NCBI GenBank assembly: GCA_900542615.1
Contig: UQOG01000002.1
Span: forward strand, 11,718-75,717
Direction: 5' to 3'
DNA: 64,000 bases
Source of the DNA: an uncultured Eubacteriales bacterium
GTDB lineage: Bacteria; Bacillota; Clostridia; Christensenellales; CAG-138
Shown in pieces: positions 52,077 to 64,000 of this stretch. Below the pieces are notes generated by a model, which worked only from the letters and a program-made list of their open reading frames with translations, was not told where the DNA came from and ran no database searches. The translations under genes and the position numbers were made by a program. Position 1 is the stretch's first letter, and the number at the start of each line of letters is the position of its first letter.

Positions 52077-53588
52077 ATGATGTTACAATTCGATCCGGCC
52101 TCTATGGGGGCCTTTTTAGCAGAAAAGCTTGGGGCCTATGCGCCCCATATGGTCAAATACGAATACGGCACCGTGATCAGCTGCGGGGACGATATCGTGC
52201 GGATCCAGGGGCTTTCCCAAGCCAAATACGGGGAATTGCTGGCCTTTGAAAACGACGTGTACGGCATCGCCCTGGACATGGGGCTGGACGGGGTAAGCGC
52301 CGCGCTTTTAAGCCGGGGCGGCTTTGTGCCGCCGGGCAGCGTAGCCAAGGGAACCGGCAGGGTCGCGGATATTTGCGTTGGTAAGGAGCTGCTGGGTCGG
52401 GTTATCGACCCGTTGGGCAGACCGCTGGATTGCAAGCCCCTGGAGGGGCGTACCTTCCGCAGGCTGGAATCCCCGGCGCCTGCCATCATGGACCGGGCGC
52501 CGGTGGATACCCCTATTGAGACGGGTATTTTGGCCATCGACAGCATGATCCCCATCGGCCGGGGCCAGCGGGAGCTTATCATCGGCGACCGGCAAACGGG
52601 CAAAACCTCCATCGCCCTTGCGGCCATGATGAACCAGCAGAGCTCCAACGTAATATGCGTATACTGCGCCATCGGCCAGAAGGCCTCCAGCGTGGCCAAC
52701 TTGGTGCATACCCTTCAGGAAAAGGGCGCCATGGAGCATACGGTGGTGGTGGCCTCCACCGCTGCGGACAGCGCCGCCATGCAGTATTTAGCCCCCTATG
52801 CCGCCTGCGCGGTAGCGGAGCATTTCATGTATAACGGCCAGGACGCCCTGGTGGTCTACGACGACCTGTCCAAGCACGCGGTGGCCTACCGGGCCATGTC
52901 GCTGCTGCTGCGGCGGCCCTCCGGCCGGGAAGCTTATCCCGGGGACGTTTTTTACCTGCACTCCAGGCTTTTGGAGCGGGCCGCCAGGCTTTGCGAGGAA
53001 AAGGGCGGCGGATCCATGACCGCCCTGCCCATCGTGGAGACCATGGCGGGGGATATCTCCGCCTATATCCCCACCAATGTGATCTCCATTACCGACGGCC
53101 AGATCTACCTGGAGAGCGAGCTGTTCCACGCGGGGGTGCGGCCGGCGGTCAACGTGGGCCTATCCGTATCCCGGGTGGGCCGCAGCGCCCAGCATCCCGC
53201 CATGAAAAAGGTCTCCGGCAACCTGCGCATGGAGGTAGCCCAGTATCGGGATATGGCGGTGTTCGCCCAGTTCGGCGCAGATGTGGACGCGGTTACGAAA
53301 AAGCTTCTGGACCGGGGCGACCGGATGACCGAATTGCTCAAGCAGCCCAAGGAGCAGATCCTGCGGCTTTCCGCCCAGACGGCCCTGCTGCTGGCATTTC
53401 AATGCGATGCGTATAAGGATGTGCCTGTAAAGGACATTTCCCGCTTTGAAGAGGGCCTGCTGGCGCATTTGGATAAAGCTCACGCCACGCTGGTACAGGG
53501 CATCGACAACAGCAAAGACCTGAACGACCACATGAAAGAAGCCCTTCGCAAGGCCATATTGGATTACGCGGAAAGCTGGGAGGCTTAG
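52077..53588 (+). CDS. atpA: F-type ATP synthase F1 alpha subunit
   Basis: 503 aa. P-loop GDRQTGKTSIAL, then LVVYDDLSKHAVAYRAMSLLLRRPSGREAYPGDVFYLHSRLLERA. Confidence 0.93.
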   Translation: MMLQFDPASMGAFLAEKLGAYAPHMVKYEYGTVISCGDDIVRIQGLSQAKYGELLAFENDVYGIALDMGLDGVSAALLSRGGFVPPGSVAKGTGRVADICVGKELLGRVIDPLGRPLDCKPLEGRTFRRLESPAPAIMDRAPVDTPIETGILAIDSMIPIGRGQRELIIGDRQTGKTSIALAAMMNQQSSNVICVYCAIGQKASSVANLVHTLQEKGAMEHTVVVASTAADSAAMQYLAPYAACAVAEHFMYNGQDALVVYDDLSKHAVAYRAMSLLLRRPSGREAYPGDVFYLHSRLLERAARLCEEKGGGSMTALPIVETMAGDISAYIPTNVISITDGQIYLESELFHAGVRPAVNVGLSVSRVGRSAQHPAMKKVSGNLRMEVAQYRDMAVFAQFGADVDAVTKKLLDRGDRMTELLKQPKEQILRLSAQTALLLAFQCDAYKDVPVKDISRFEEGLLAHLDKAHATLVQGIDNSKDLNDHMKEALRKAILDYAESWEA

Positions 53589-56301
<2,713 letters not shown>

Positions 56302-56326
56302 CCCAGCCAACCACAGGGAGGTCACC

Positions 56327-56794
56327 ATGCTCACGATCCCCATCCCCGGTAGAAGCGCCTTGCAGCTTCAGCATATTGTTTTGGACTATAACGGCACCAT
56401 TGCCTTGGATGGGGAACTCATGCCCGGCGTGGAAGATCGGCTGACGCGGCTGGCAGCCGCCGCGACCATTCACATCCTGACAGCGGACACCCACGGCACC
56501 GTGCGGGCCAAATGCGGCCATCTCAACGCCCAGATCCAAACCTTCCCCCAGGAGGGCGCAGCCCTGTGTAAGGCCAGGATCGTCCAGACGCTGGAAGGGG
56601 GCGTATGCTGTATTGGAAACGGCTACAACGACCTGGAAATGCTGCGGGAGGCCCAGCTGGCCATCGGCATCCTGGGGGCCGAGGGCATGTTCCCGGGGTT
56701 GATGGCCCATATGGACGTATTGGTTACCTCGCCTCTGGACGCCCTGGACCTGCTCCTGTACCCTCGGCGGCTCCAGGCTACCCTGCGCAGCTAA
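56327..56794 (+). CDS. small HAD-superfamily protein (soluble P-type-ATPase-like, COG4087-type)
   Basis: Contains VLDYNGTIA (DxxGT-like motif I), ILTADTHGT and IGNGYNDLEML (motif III). 155 aa. GGGAGG SD. Confidence 0.7.
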   Translation: MLTIPIPGRSALQLQHIVLDYNGTIALDGELMPGVEDRLTRLAAAATIHILTADTHGTVRAKCGHLNAQIQTFPQEGAALCKARIVQTLEGGVCCIGNGYNDLEMLREAQLAIGILGAEGMFPGLMAHMDVLVTSPLDALDLLLYPRRLQATLRS

Positions 56795-56836
56795 AAGAAA
56801 AGCACGATTGCCGTGCATTGAAGAATCCATATCGTG

Positions 56837-56887
56837 ATCAGCCGGCCTCGGCGGGGCGTCCCGTCAGGGGCCGGCTGATGTTTTTTT
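56837..56887 (+). terminator. rho-independent terminator closing the atp/HAD transcription unit
   Basis: Stem ATCAGCCGGCC / GGCCGGCTGAT (11 bp) encloses an inner CGGG..CCCG hairpin and is followed by G-T7. Confidence 0.75.
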
Positions 56888-56913
56888 GTACGTTTATCGA
56901 GCATGTTAGGCGG

Positions 56914-57141
56914 CTACGCCTGTTCCAACTGTTCGTCAAAATAGAATAGCTCTTCAAATTTTTTATCCAAGGCGATGCAAAGGGTTAAAGCCAATTTTGC
57001 AGTTGGATTGAATTGTCCTGTCTCAATGGAGCTGATGGTATTTCGAGAAACGCCCACCAACTTCGCCAAAGCTGTTTGGGAAAGCTTTTTTTCCGCTCGG
57101 GCTTCCCTTAATCGGTTGCGCAAGATCAGCGAATCATCCAT
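56914..57141 (-). CDS. small XRE-family helix-turn-helix transcriptional regulator
   Basis: 75 aa: LRNRLREARAEKKLSQTALAKLVGVSRNTISSIETGQFNPTAKLALTLCIAL. Low-GC gene, 6 nt downstream of its partner gene. Confidence 0.85.
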   Translation of the reverse strand: MDDSLILRNRLREARAEKKLSQTALAKLVGVSRNTISSIETGQFNPTAKLALTLCIALDKKFEELFYFDEQLEQA

Positions 57142-57147
57142 GGCGCA

Positions 57148-57459
57148 TTATCCAAATAATAAAAAGGAAACAAGCCCTATTGTGGCAACGAGGCTGCTGG
57201 CAAGCCCTAAAAACAATATTTTTTTCTTTTTTGCAATCCTGTATTGATACCAAGAAATCCCCGCCAAATAGCCAAAGAGAATGGTGCAATCATCAAAGAA
57301 AGGCTCCCCTTGCATTGCTTTTATTACGGAAAATAAACCGCATAAGCAACAAACCATTGCGCCGCCGAAACCAAAACTGTTGCGCATTTCCTGGCGCTCC
57401 CGCTCATCAAAGTATTGGTTTTCCGCTCTGCTTTTTTCAAGTATCGCTTCTTTTTGCAT
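57148..57459 (-). CDS. small membrane protein, DUF6442-like partner of the XRE regulator
   Basis: Starts MQKEAILEKSRAENQYFDERERQ, followed by three hydrophobic helices. ATG 57459 is preceded by an AGGAGG SD. The N-terminal motif recalls DUF6442 family members, from memory. Confidence 0.65.
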   Translation of the reverse strand: MQKEAILEKSRAENQYFDERERQEMRNSFGFGGAMVCCLCGLFSVIKAMQGEPFFDDCTILFGYLAGISWYQYRIAKKKKILFLGLASSLVATIGLVSFLLFG

Positions 57460-57489
57460 GGTATGCCTCCTAAAACTATGCAAAGTTTT

Positions 57490-57526
57490 CTTGGCATATT
57501 ATATCATTGCCAAGTATACTTTGCAA
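57490..57526 (-). promoter_or_regulatory. strong sigma-A promoter with overlapping palindromic operator for the XRE module
   Basis: On the minus strand: TTGCAA (57526..57521), a 17-nt spacer, then TG-A-TATAAT (-10 at 57503..57498). The inverted repeat CTTGGCA-N11-TGCCAAG (57490..57514) spans the -10 element. Confidence 0.6.
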
Positions 57527-57685
57527 TCTATTCCACAATTGATAAAAGCAGCAAGCTAGATACTGCGGCATTTCAAATCTCTGGAGGAATCCCCCTGAAA
57601 CAAGGCGATCCATGGGGAATTTTGCCCGGCCTCTTTTTTTGAACCCGTAATTGTAGTATAATGCAGAATGGAATGAGAGGTATAT

Positions 57686-60205
57686 ATGGCGAAGAACCAA
57701 AAATCTGCGTCCGGCTCCCAAAGGGGGGCGCAGAAGCAAGCGCTGGAAAAAAATAAAAGGGTCAAGCGGGAGATCACAGGCGTTTTATTGATCGCTTTGG
57801 GCCTGTTCTTGGCCGCCAGCTTATACGTGGATGCGGTGGGCATCGTAGGCCAGGCTGCCAGCCGGGTCTGTTTTGGTTTGTTTGGGATCCTCACCTATGC
57901 GCTTCCCTTGATCGTGATCGCCTTTGGCATCCTGGCCATCGCCTCCTCCACGGGGAATGGGGTGGCAGGCTCTTCTTTGGTGCTGTGTAGCCTGGGGGTG
58001 GTGTGCCTTTTGGTGCTGCTCCATGCCAATGTCCGCAGCGCCACGGACAACATCGGCCTTTGGGATTATTATATGGACGCATATCAGTTCGGCAGCGCCC
58101 TGCAAAAGGGCGGCGGGCTGATTGGTTCCCTGTTGGCATATCCGGCCCTGGTGTTTTTGGGGTTGGTGGGCACCAATATTTTCTTCATCGCCGCGCTGTT
58201 GATCCTCTTTTTGGCCATCACCAAAATTTCCCTGCGGGCAACCGGGGAAAAGGTGGGCAAACAGCTGAAAACCAGCGCATCCAATATGGCGGAGCGGGCG
58301 GAGGAGCGCAAACATAGCCAGCAAAGCCCCTCGGTTTTGGCGGAGAAAATCGACGTAAGCAAGCAAAACCTGTTTACCGAGGTGATGGAGACCGGCGGCC
58401 GCCCCCGTCGAGGCGGGCGGAAAACCGGCATTAAGGTGGAGCGCAGGCCGGTGGAGCAGGATGCCGGCAACCCGCAGCTGGACGATCTGACCTATTTTCC
58501 GGCCAGCGGGACCCTGCCCAGGAAGCCGGAGGAGGATGACGATCCCTTCGATATCCTGGCCGGGGTGGAGGTGCATACAGCCCAGGCGCCCCGCCACAAA
58601 TCCGGCATGACGGTGGGCGATCTGAAGGCCGCCCAGGATGCTTCCCGCAAGGAAAAGCAAGCTCCGCCCAGCCAGTCCCAGGAGGACGAGGATGGGGAGG
58701 ATGCGCCTGTGTTGCCCAACCAGGATGTGGAGGTGCTGGAATACCAGCGCCCGCCTTATACCCTGCTGAACCTGCCGAAGGAACAGTTTGACGGCTTGGA
58801 TAACCCGGCGGAGAACGCGAAACTCCTGATCGACACCCTACAGAGCTTCCATATCTCCGCCAAGATCATCAACATCACTGTGGGGCCCGTGATCACCCGG
58901 TATGAATTGCAGCCCGCCCAAGGGGTGCGGGTCAACCGGATCACCACCCTTTCGGACGATATCGCTTTGGCGCTGGCAGCGCCCCGGGTGCGCATCGAAG
59001 CGCCCATCCCGGGGAAATCCGCCATCGGCATCGAGATCCCCAACCGGGAGACCCAACCCGTGCTGCTCAGAGAAGCGGTGGAGTCTCCGGAATTCCAGCA
59101 GGCCAAGTCCCCCCTGTGCTTTGCCCTGGGTAAGGACATCGCTGGAAAGGTGGTATGCGCGGATCTGGACCGGATGCCCCACCTGCTCATCGCAGGCTCC
59201 ACGGGCAGCGGCAAGAGCGTGTGCATCAACGACATCATTCTGAGCCTGATCTACCATACGGCCCCTTGCGATCTAAGGATGATCCTGGTGGATCCCAAGA
59301 AAGTGGAGCTGAAGGTATATTCGCCCTTGCCCCATTTGCTTTTGCCTGTGGTGACGGATGCGAAAAAGGCGGCGGGCGCTTTGAAATGGGCGGTGCGGGA
59401 GATGGAACAGCGCTATTCCAAGATGTCCCAATGCAACGCCCGGGACCTGAACCGTTACAATTCCCTGCAGGAGGACCCTGCCCACCGGATGCCCCGGCTG
59501 GTGATCATCATCGACGAGCTGGCGGATCTGATGATGGTGGCGGCCAAGGACGTGGAGGAGGCCATCTGCCGGATTGCCCAGCTGGGCCGGGCGGCAGGCA
59601 TCCATTTGATCGTGGCCACCCAGCGGCCCTCCACGGATATCATCACCGGCCTGATCAAGGCCAACATCCCCAGCCGGATCGCCTTGACGGTGTCCTCGGC
59701 GGTGGATTCCAGGGTCATCATGGATTGCAGCGGCGCAGAAAAATTGTTGGGCCGGGGCGATATGCTCTTCCACGCAAACGGGGCCAGCAAGCCCCTGCGG
59801 GCCCAGGCCGCCTTTGTCAGCGACGAGGAGGTGGAGCGGGTTATGGACTTCTTTACGGAGCACGCCACCGCCCCCAGCACCCAATATACGGACCTGTCCC
59901 TGGAGGATATGGAAACCGAGCTGGAAAACGGCGGCCCTGCCCAGGGCAATGGGAAGCAGGAGGACGACCTGCTGCCGGATGCGGTGCGGGTGGTAATGGA
60001 AAGCGGACAGGCTTCCATCTCCATGATCCAGCGCAGGCTGCGGGTGGGATACGCCAGGGCAGCCCGCCTGGTGGACATTATGGAACAGAAGAAGATCGTC
60101 AGCGGGTTTGACGGAAGCAAGCCCCGGCGGCTGCTGATCAGCCAAGCGGAATATGCGGAAATGTTCGGCAACCAAGCGCAAGGGATACAGGAGGATGAAG
60201 AATGA
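57686..60205 (+). CDS. ftsK: DNA translocase FtsK/SpoIIIE
   Basis: 839 aa with four to five N-terminal TM helices, a Pro/Glu-rich linker, a motor domain (Walker A IAGSTGSGKSVCIN, Walker B VIIIDELADLMM) and a C-terminal gamma winged helix. Confidence 0.92.
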   Translation: MAKNQKSASGSQRGAQKQALEKNKRVKREITGVLLIALGLFLAASLYVDAVGIVGQAASRVCFGLFGILTYALPLIVIAFGILAIASSTGNGVAGSSLVLCSLGVVCLLVLLHANVRSATDNIGLWDYYMDAYQFGSALQKGGGLIGSLLAYPALVFLGLVGTNIFFIAALLILFLAITKISLRATGEKVGKQLKTSASNMAERAEERKHSQQSPSVLAEKIDVSKQNLFTEVMETGGRPRRGGRKTGIKVERRPVEQDAGNPQLDDLTYFPASGTLPRKPEEDDDPFDILAGVEVHTAQAPRHKSGMTVGDLKAAQDASRKEKQAPPSQSQEDEDGEDAPVLPNQDVEVLEYQRPPYTLLNLPKEQFDGLDNPAENAKLLIDTLQSFHISAKIINITVGPVITRYELQPAQGVRVNRITTLSDDIALALAAPRVRIEAPIPGKSAIGIEIPNRETQPVLLREAVESPEFQQAKSPLCFALGKDIAGKVVCADLDRMPHLLIAGSTGSGKSVCINDIILSLIYHTAPCDLRMILVDPKKVELKVYSPLPHLLLPVVTDAKKAAGALKWAVREMEQRYSKMSQCNARDLNRYNSLQEDPAHRMPRLVIIIDELADLMMVAAKDVEEAICRIAQLGRAAGIHLIVATQRPSTDIITGLIKANIPSRIALTVSSAVDSRVIMDCSGAEKLLGRGDMLFHANGASKPLRAQAAFVSDEEVERVMDFFTEHATAPSTQYTDLSLEDMETELENGGPAQGNGKQEDDLLPDAVRVVMESGQASISMIQRRLRVGYARAARLVDIMEQKKIVSGFDGSKPRRLLISQAEYAEMFGNQAQGIQEDEE

Positions 60206-61509
60206 AGGTAGGCATGGTTTCCCTGGGATGCTCTAAAAACCGGGTGGACAGCGAATATATCCTGGCAGCCTTGACCAATCAGGGCTTTACCATCACCGCC
60301 GACCCGAAGGAGGCGGAGGTGATTTTGGTGAACACCTGCGGCTTTATCGATCCGGCCAAGGAGGAATCCATCAACACCATCCTGGAGATGGCCGCCTATA
60401 AGGAGACCGGCCGCTGCAAATTGCTGGTGGGCACGGGCTGCCTGACCCAGCGGTATGAGAAGGAGCTGCGGGAGGAGCTGCCCGAGCTGGACCTGCTCTG
60501 GGGCGTCAAGGATCCCCAGGGTCTGGCGCGGAAGGTAGCGGAGCTGGCTGGGTTTCCCCAGCCGCAGACTCCCGGCTGCTGCCCCCGGATCCTGACCACG
60601 CCCCGGTATTCCGCTTATCTGCGCATTGCGGACGGCTGTGACAACCGCTGCGCCTATTGCGCCATTCCCCTGATCCGGGGGCCGCGCAAAAGCGTGCCCA
60701 TGGAGGATGCGCTGGCGGAAGCAAAACGCCTGGCGGAAGGCGGCGTAGTGGAGCTAACGGTAATCGCCCAGGATACCTCCGCCTATGGCAGCGACCTTTA
60801 CGGCAAGCCCATGCTGCGGGAGCTGCTGCTGGAGCTGTGCAAGATCCCCGGCCTCCATTGGATCCGGGTGCTCTATACCTATCCCAATACGGTGGATACC
60901 GACCTGATCGACGCCATGGTGCGGGAGCCCAAGCTGGTGCCCTACCTGGATATGCCCATCCAACACATCGCGCCGGATATCCTGCGGCGCATGAACCGGC
61001 ATGGCACCGCGGAGCACATCCGTAAGATCGCGGCCTACGCCCGGGAGGCCAGCCCGGACTTTATCCTGCGCACCACGGTGATCGCCGGCTTCCCGGGGGA
61101 GACGGAGGAAGAATTCGACCAATTGACCGAATTTTTGCAGTCCCATCCCTTCGACCGGCTGGGCGCCTTCGCCTATTCCCAAGAGGAAAATACCCCTGCG
61201 GCCCAGATGCCGGATCAGGTTCCGGATGAGGTGAAAGCAAAGCGTCTGGACCGTATCATGACCGCTCAGCAAGCGGTTTCCCTGGTTTGCAACCAGATCC
61301 GTGTCGGCCGGACGTACGAGGTTTTGGTGGACGGGGTCCAAGGCGACCTGTGCTTTGGCCGCTCCTATGGGGAGGCCCCGGAGGTGGACGGCTGCATCCG
61401 CTTCTACTACCAGGGGCCGGCACCGAAGCCCGGCACCTTCGTGCAGGTCCGCATCAACCAGGCCGGGCCCTATGACCTTTGGGGCGAAATGGTGGTTCAG
61501 GAACCATAA
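60202..61509 (+). CDS. rimO: ribosomal protein S12 methylthiotransferase RimO
   Basis: VSLGCSKNRVDSE, radical-SAM motif CDNRCAYCAIP and a C-terminal TRAM domain. 435 aa. ATGA overlap with ftsK. Confidence 0.9.
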   Translation: MKVGMVSLGCSKNRVDSEYILAALTNQGFTITADPKEAEVILVNTCGFIDPAKEESINTILEMAAYKETGRCKLLVGTGCLTQRYEKELREELPELDLLWGVKDPQGLARKVAELAGFPQPQTPGCCPRILTTPRYSAYLRIADGCDNRCAYCAIPLIRGPRKSVPMEDALAEAKRLAEGGVVELTVIAQDTSAYGSDLYGKPMLRELLLELCKIPGLHWIRVLYTYPNTVDTDLIDAMVREPKLVPYLDMPIQHIAPDILRRMNRHGTAEHIRKIAAYAREASPDFILRTTVIAGFPGETEEEFDQLTEFLQSHPFDRLGAFAYSQEENTPAAQMPDQVPDEVKAKRLDRIMTAQQAVSLVCNQIRVGRTYEVLVDGVQGDLCFGRSYGEAPEVDGCIRFYYQGPAPKPGTFVQVRINQAGPYDLWGEMVVQEP

Positions 61510-61546
61510 TCGATACATAGAATTTTAGCCGGAAGGAAGTGTTCCT

Positions 61547-62101
61547 GTGTTAAAAAACATGAACCTGCCCAATAAGCTTACCCTGCTGCGGATCATCCTG
61601 GTGCCCGTTTTCATCGCCAGCTTTTACCTTTCCGTCAGCTGGCGGAATTATCTCGCCGCATTGTTATTTGTAGGAGCCTATGCGACGGATATGCTGGATG
61701 GCCGCATCGCCAGGAAGCGGAACCTGATCACGGATTTCGGCAAGCTCATGGACCCCATGGCGGATAAGCTCCTCTCCGTGAGCGCCCTGATCATGCTCAC
61801 CGCCATGGATATGCTTCACCCGGTGGCGGTGATCCTCATCGTGGGCCGGGAGTTCTTCATCAGCGCGTTTCGGCTGGTGGCGGTGGAAAAGGGCGTGGTC
61901 ATCGCGGCCAGCGGCCTGGGGAAAGCCAAGACCGTTTCCCAGTTCATCGCCATTACCCTGACGCTGCTACAAGCCCCCATCCGAAGCCTTTTGGGCGGCT
62001 TCCCTCTGGACCTGGCGGTCATGTGGATCTCCGTGCTGCTTACGGTGGTTTCCGGGGTGGATTACGTTGTAAAGAACAAGAATGCCGTCCGGTTTGATTG
62101 A
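61547..62101 (+). CDS. pgsA: CDP-diacylglycerol--glycerol-3-phosphate 3-phosphatidyltransferase
   Basis: Contains PNKLTLLRIILVP and the CDP-alcohol phosphotransferase motif DMLDGRIARKRNLITDFGKLMDPMADK. GTG 61547 lies 7 nt after a GGAAGGAAG SD; ATG 61559 is the alternative. Confidence 0.9.
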   Translation: MLKNMNLPNKLTLLRIILVPVFIASFYLSVSWRNYLAALLFVGAYATDMLDGRIARKRNLITDFGKLMDPMADKLLSVSALIMLTAMDMLHPVAVILIVGREFFISAFRLVAVEKGVVIAASGLGKAKTVSQFIAITLTLLQAPIRSLLGGFPLDLAVMWISVLLTVVSGVDYVVKNKNAVRFD

Positions 62102-62122
62102 AGAGAAACGAGGAAGCGCATT

Positions 62123-63379
62123 ATGCATAACCTAACCGCAGAGATCCTGTCCGTGGGCACGGAATTGCTCATGGGGCAGATCCTGGATACCAATGCCCAG
62201 TACATTTCCCAAAGGCTGACGGAAGTGGGCATCAACCAGTACTACCGCACCACCGTGGGGGACAACCGCCAACGGCTGCAGGAGACCATTCAGCAGGCCC
62301 TGGGCCGGGCGGACCTGGTGATCCTTACAGGCGGGCTGGGGCCCACGGAGGACGACCTGACCAAGGAGACCGCAGCGGCGGTGCTGGGGCATACGGATTT
62401 TACCATCGACGAGACCAGCAAGGCCCGGATGTATCAGCGGTTTGTCCATTACAATCACGCCATGCCGGAAAACAACCTGAAGCAGGTCATGTTTCCAAAG
62501 GGCGCCATCATCCTGCCAAACGATTATGGAACCGCCCCCGGCTGCATTTTGGAAAAAGAGGGCAAAGCCATCATCCTTTTGCCCGGCCCGCCCAGGGAGA
62601 TGCGGCCCATGTTCGACGCCAGCGTGATGCCCTATCTGTGCCGGGAGAGCCATGGCCAGCTCTATTCCCGGGTGCTCCGGGTGTACGGCATGGGGGAATC
62701 CATGGTGGCGGAGCAGCTGGGGGATCTGATCGACCAGCAGACCAATCCCACCATCGCTACCTACGCCTTAACAGGCGAGACCACCATCCGGGTAACCGCC
62801 CGCTGCAACAGCGACCGGGAAGGGGAAGAACTGCTGCGCCCCATGATCCGGCAAATCCAGGACCGGCTGGGCAGCGTGGTATACGCCACCCACGGGGAAC
62901 CGCTGGAGCGGGTCTGCGCCGGGCTATTGGAACAGGCGGGCAAGACCCTGGCGGTGGCGGAGAGCTGCTCCGGCGGAATGCTGGCTTCCACCCTGGTGTC
63001 CGTGGCGGGAAGCTCCGCCTGGTTTTTAGAGGGCTGCGTCACCTACTCCAATGCCGCCAAGATGCGGCGGCTGGGGGTGCGGGAGGATACCCTGGCAAGC
63101 CATGGGGCCGTCAGCCGGGAAACCGCCCTGGAAATGGCCCGGGGGATGCGGGAGAGCGCAGGCGCGGATCTGGCCCTGGCCACCACGGGGATCGCAGGCC
63201 CCGGCGGCGGTACGGCGGAAAAGCCGGTGGGCCTGGTGTATGTGGCCCTGTGCGGCGAAGCGGGGGAATATGTCCACGAAATGCATTTTGCCGGCGACCG
63301 GGAACGGATTCGGGGCGCGGCGGTGCTGGAAGGGCTGGACATGCTGCGCCGCTATCTGACAGGGATGCTGGAAGCGTGA
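62123..63379 (+). CDS. cinA: competence/damage-inducible protein CinA (MoCF-binding + nicotinamide-nucleotide amidase domains)
   Basis: Contains AEILSVGTELLMGQILDTNAQYIS and LILTGGLGPTEDDLT, plus a C-terminal CinA/PncC domain (AVAESCSGG...TTGIAGPGGG). 418 aa. Confidence 0.9.
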   Translation: MHNLTAEILSVGTELLMGQILDTNAQYISQRLTEVGINQYYRTTVGDNRQRLQETIQQALGRADLVILTGGLGPTEDDLTKETAAAVLGHTDFTIDETSKARMYQRFVHYNHAMPENNLKQVMFPKGAIILPNDYGTAPGCILEKEGKAIILLPGPPREMRPMFDASVMPYLCRESHGQLYSRVLRVYGMGESMVAEQLGDLIDQQTNPTIATYALTGETTIRVTARCNSDREGEELLRPMIRQIQDRLGSVVYATHGEPLERVCAGLLEQAGKTLAVAESCSGGMLASTLVSVAGSSAWFLEGCVTYSNAAKMRRLGVREDTLASHGAVSRETALEMARGMRESAGADLALATTGIAGPGGGTAEKPVGLVYVALCGEAGEYVHEMHFAGDRERIRGAAVLEGLDMLRRYLTGMLEA

Positions 63380-63466
63380 TCAACGAGCAGGAAGGGCGCG
63401 GGCAGCCGCCGGCGCAGAGGAACGGAACCGAATTCATTACTACCCAGAAAAGGAGCTCGATATCCC

Positions 63467-64000
63467 ATGATGGAAAAAGAAAAAGCCCTGGAAATGGCCC
63501 TGAGCCAAATAGAAAAGCAATTCGGCAAAGGCGCCATCATGAAGCTGGGGGATGCGGCTGCCAAGATCAGCGTATCCACCATTTCCACCGGTTGCCTGGC
63601 CCTGGACCTGGCCTTGGGAGTGGGCGGCGTGCCCCGGGGCCGGATCATCGAGATCTACGGCCCGGAATCCTCCGGTAAGACCACCATTGCCCTGCACGTG
63701 ATCGCGGAGGCCCAAAAGGCTGGCGGCGCGGCAGCCTTCATCGACGCGGAACACGCCCTGGATCCGGTTTACGCGGAAAACTTGGGGGTCAACGTGGAGG
63801 ATCTGTATGTATCCCAGCCGGATACCGGCGAACAGGCGCTGGAGATCACCGAGGCGCTGGTGCGCAGCGGGGCCATCGACGTGGTGGTCATCGACTCGGT
63901 GGCGGCCCTGGTGCCCAAGGCGGAGATCGAGGGGGATATGGGGGATTCCCATGTGGGCCTGCAGGCCCGGCTGATGAGCCAGGCCCTGCGCAAGCTGGCG
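63467..64000 (+). CDS. recA: recombinase RecA (3' end cut by window edge)
   Basis: Not in the ORF track because no stop occurs before the window end. My own translation gives [29 protein letters not shown]...[20 protein letters not shown]...[12 protein letters not shown]...[49 protein letters not shown] upstream. Confidence 0.93.
   Translation, partial: MMEKEKALEMALSQIEKQFGKGAIMKLGDAAAKISVSTISTGCLALDLALGVGGVPRGRIIEIYGPESSGKTTIALHVIAEAQKAGGAAAFIDAEHALDPVYAENLGVNVEDLYVSQPDTGEQALEITEALVRSGAIDVVVIDSVAALVPKAEIEGDMGDSHVGLQARLMSQALRKLA

Noticed and set aside
57639-57662. A promoter for ftsK formed by TTGAAC and a perfect TATAAT (57657..57662).
   Set aside because: The spacer between the two hexamers is only 12 nt, and there is no TG extension. 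The TATAAT may still be used, but a canonical promoter cannot be supported.
63380-63466. A LexA (Cheo) box upstream of recA, around GGAACGGAACCGAATTC.
   Set aside because: It is not a GAAC-N4-GTTC palindrome. Only a half-site-like GAAC is present, so an SOS box cannot be supported.

Overview
This 64-kb window looks like a high-GC chromosomal core segment. Hand counts of sampled 60-nt lines give about 60-68% GC inside genes. Gene content and order suggest an endospore-forming Clostridia-type Firmicute, possibly Oscillospiraceae/Ruminococcaceae-like, but that is inference. No searches were run, so every homology call rests on motifs and family signatures I recognise in the supplied translations. 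I support about 75 protein genes (nearly all on the + strand), one tRNA-Pro(GGG), and a set of hand-folded promoters and terminators.

Gene blocks, in order:
- mtaB-rsmE-prmA on the minus strand.
- A membrane-anchored HTH protein, rpsU, ylmC/ymxH-like, nrdR and pgeF.
- The spoIIIAA-AH operon.
- asp23-amaP-DUF2273-nusB-(Kae1-like)-folD-xseA-xseB-ispA-dxs-tlyA-nadK-argR-recN-spoIVB-spo0A, largely the order I remember from B. subtilis.
- spoIIM-like, deoB, two PBP5-type genes, an M50 protease, scpAB, ytfI/ytfJ(gerW) and rluB.
- A four-gene Na+-translocating oxaloacetate-decarboxylase-type operon.
- surE, rpiR-family, an FAD protein, cmk, plsC and an ispH-S1 fusion.
- cls on the minus strand, tRNA-Pro and a two-part ThrE-family exporter.
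- An F1Fo ATP synthase operon and a small HAD protein.
- A low-GC two-gene XRE islet on the minus strand.
- ftsK, rimO, pgsA, cinA and a recA cut by the window end.

I found no CRISPR array, rRNA, transposase, integrase or recognisable defence island, and no self-contained new accessory system.

The observations most worth a second look are:
1. An ATP synthase operon in which atpG runs into atpD with no stop codon, and in which the b subunit carries only the C-terminal domain of delta, with no atpH.
2. A compositionally atypical, divergent Spo0A-type gene with substitutions at two conserved receiver residues and a perfect 19-bp tandem duplication at its start.
3. A secreted PBP5 homologue with all three catalytic motifs replaced.
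4. A 58-codon SpoIIIAF stub that is absent from the ORF track.
5. Two GC-rich orphan spacers with repeated or structured elements.
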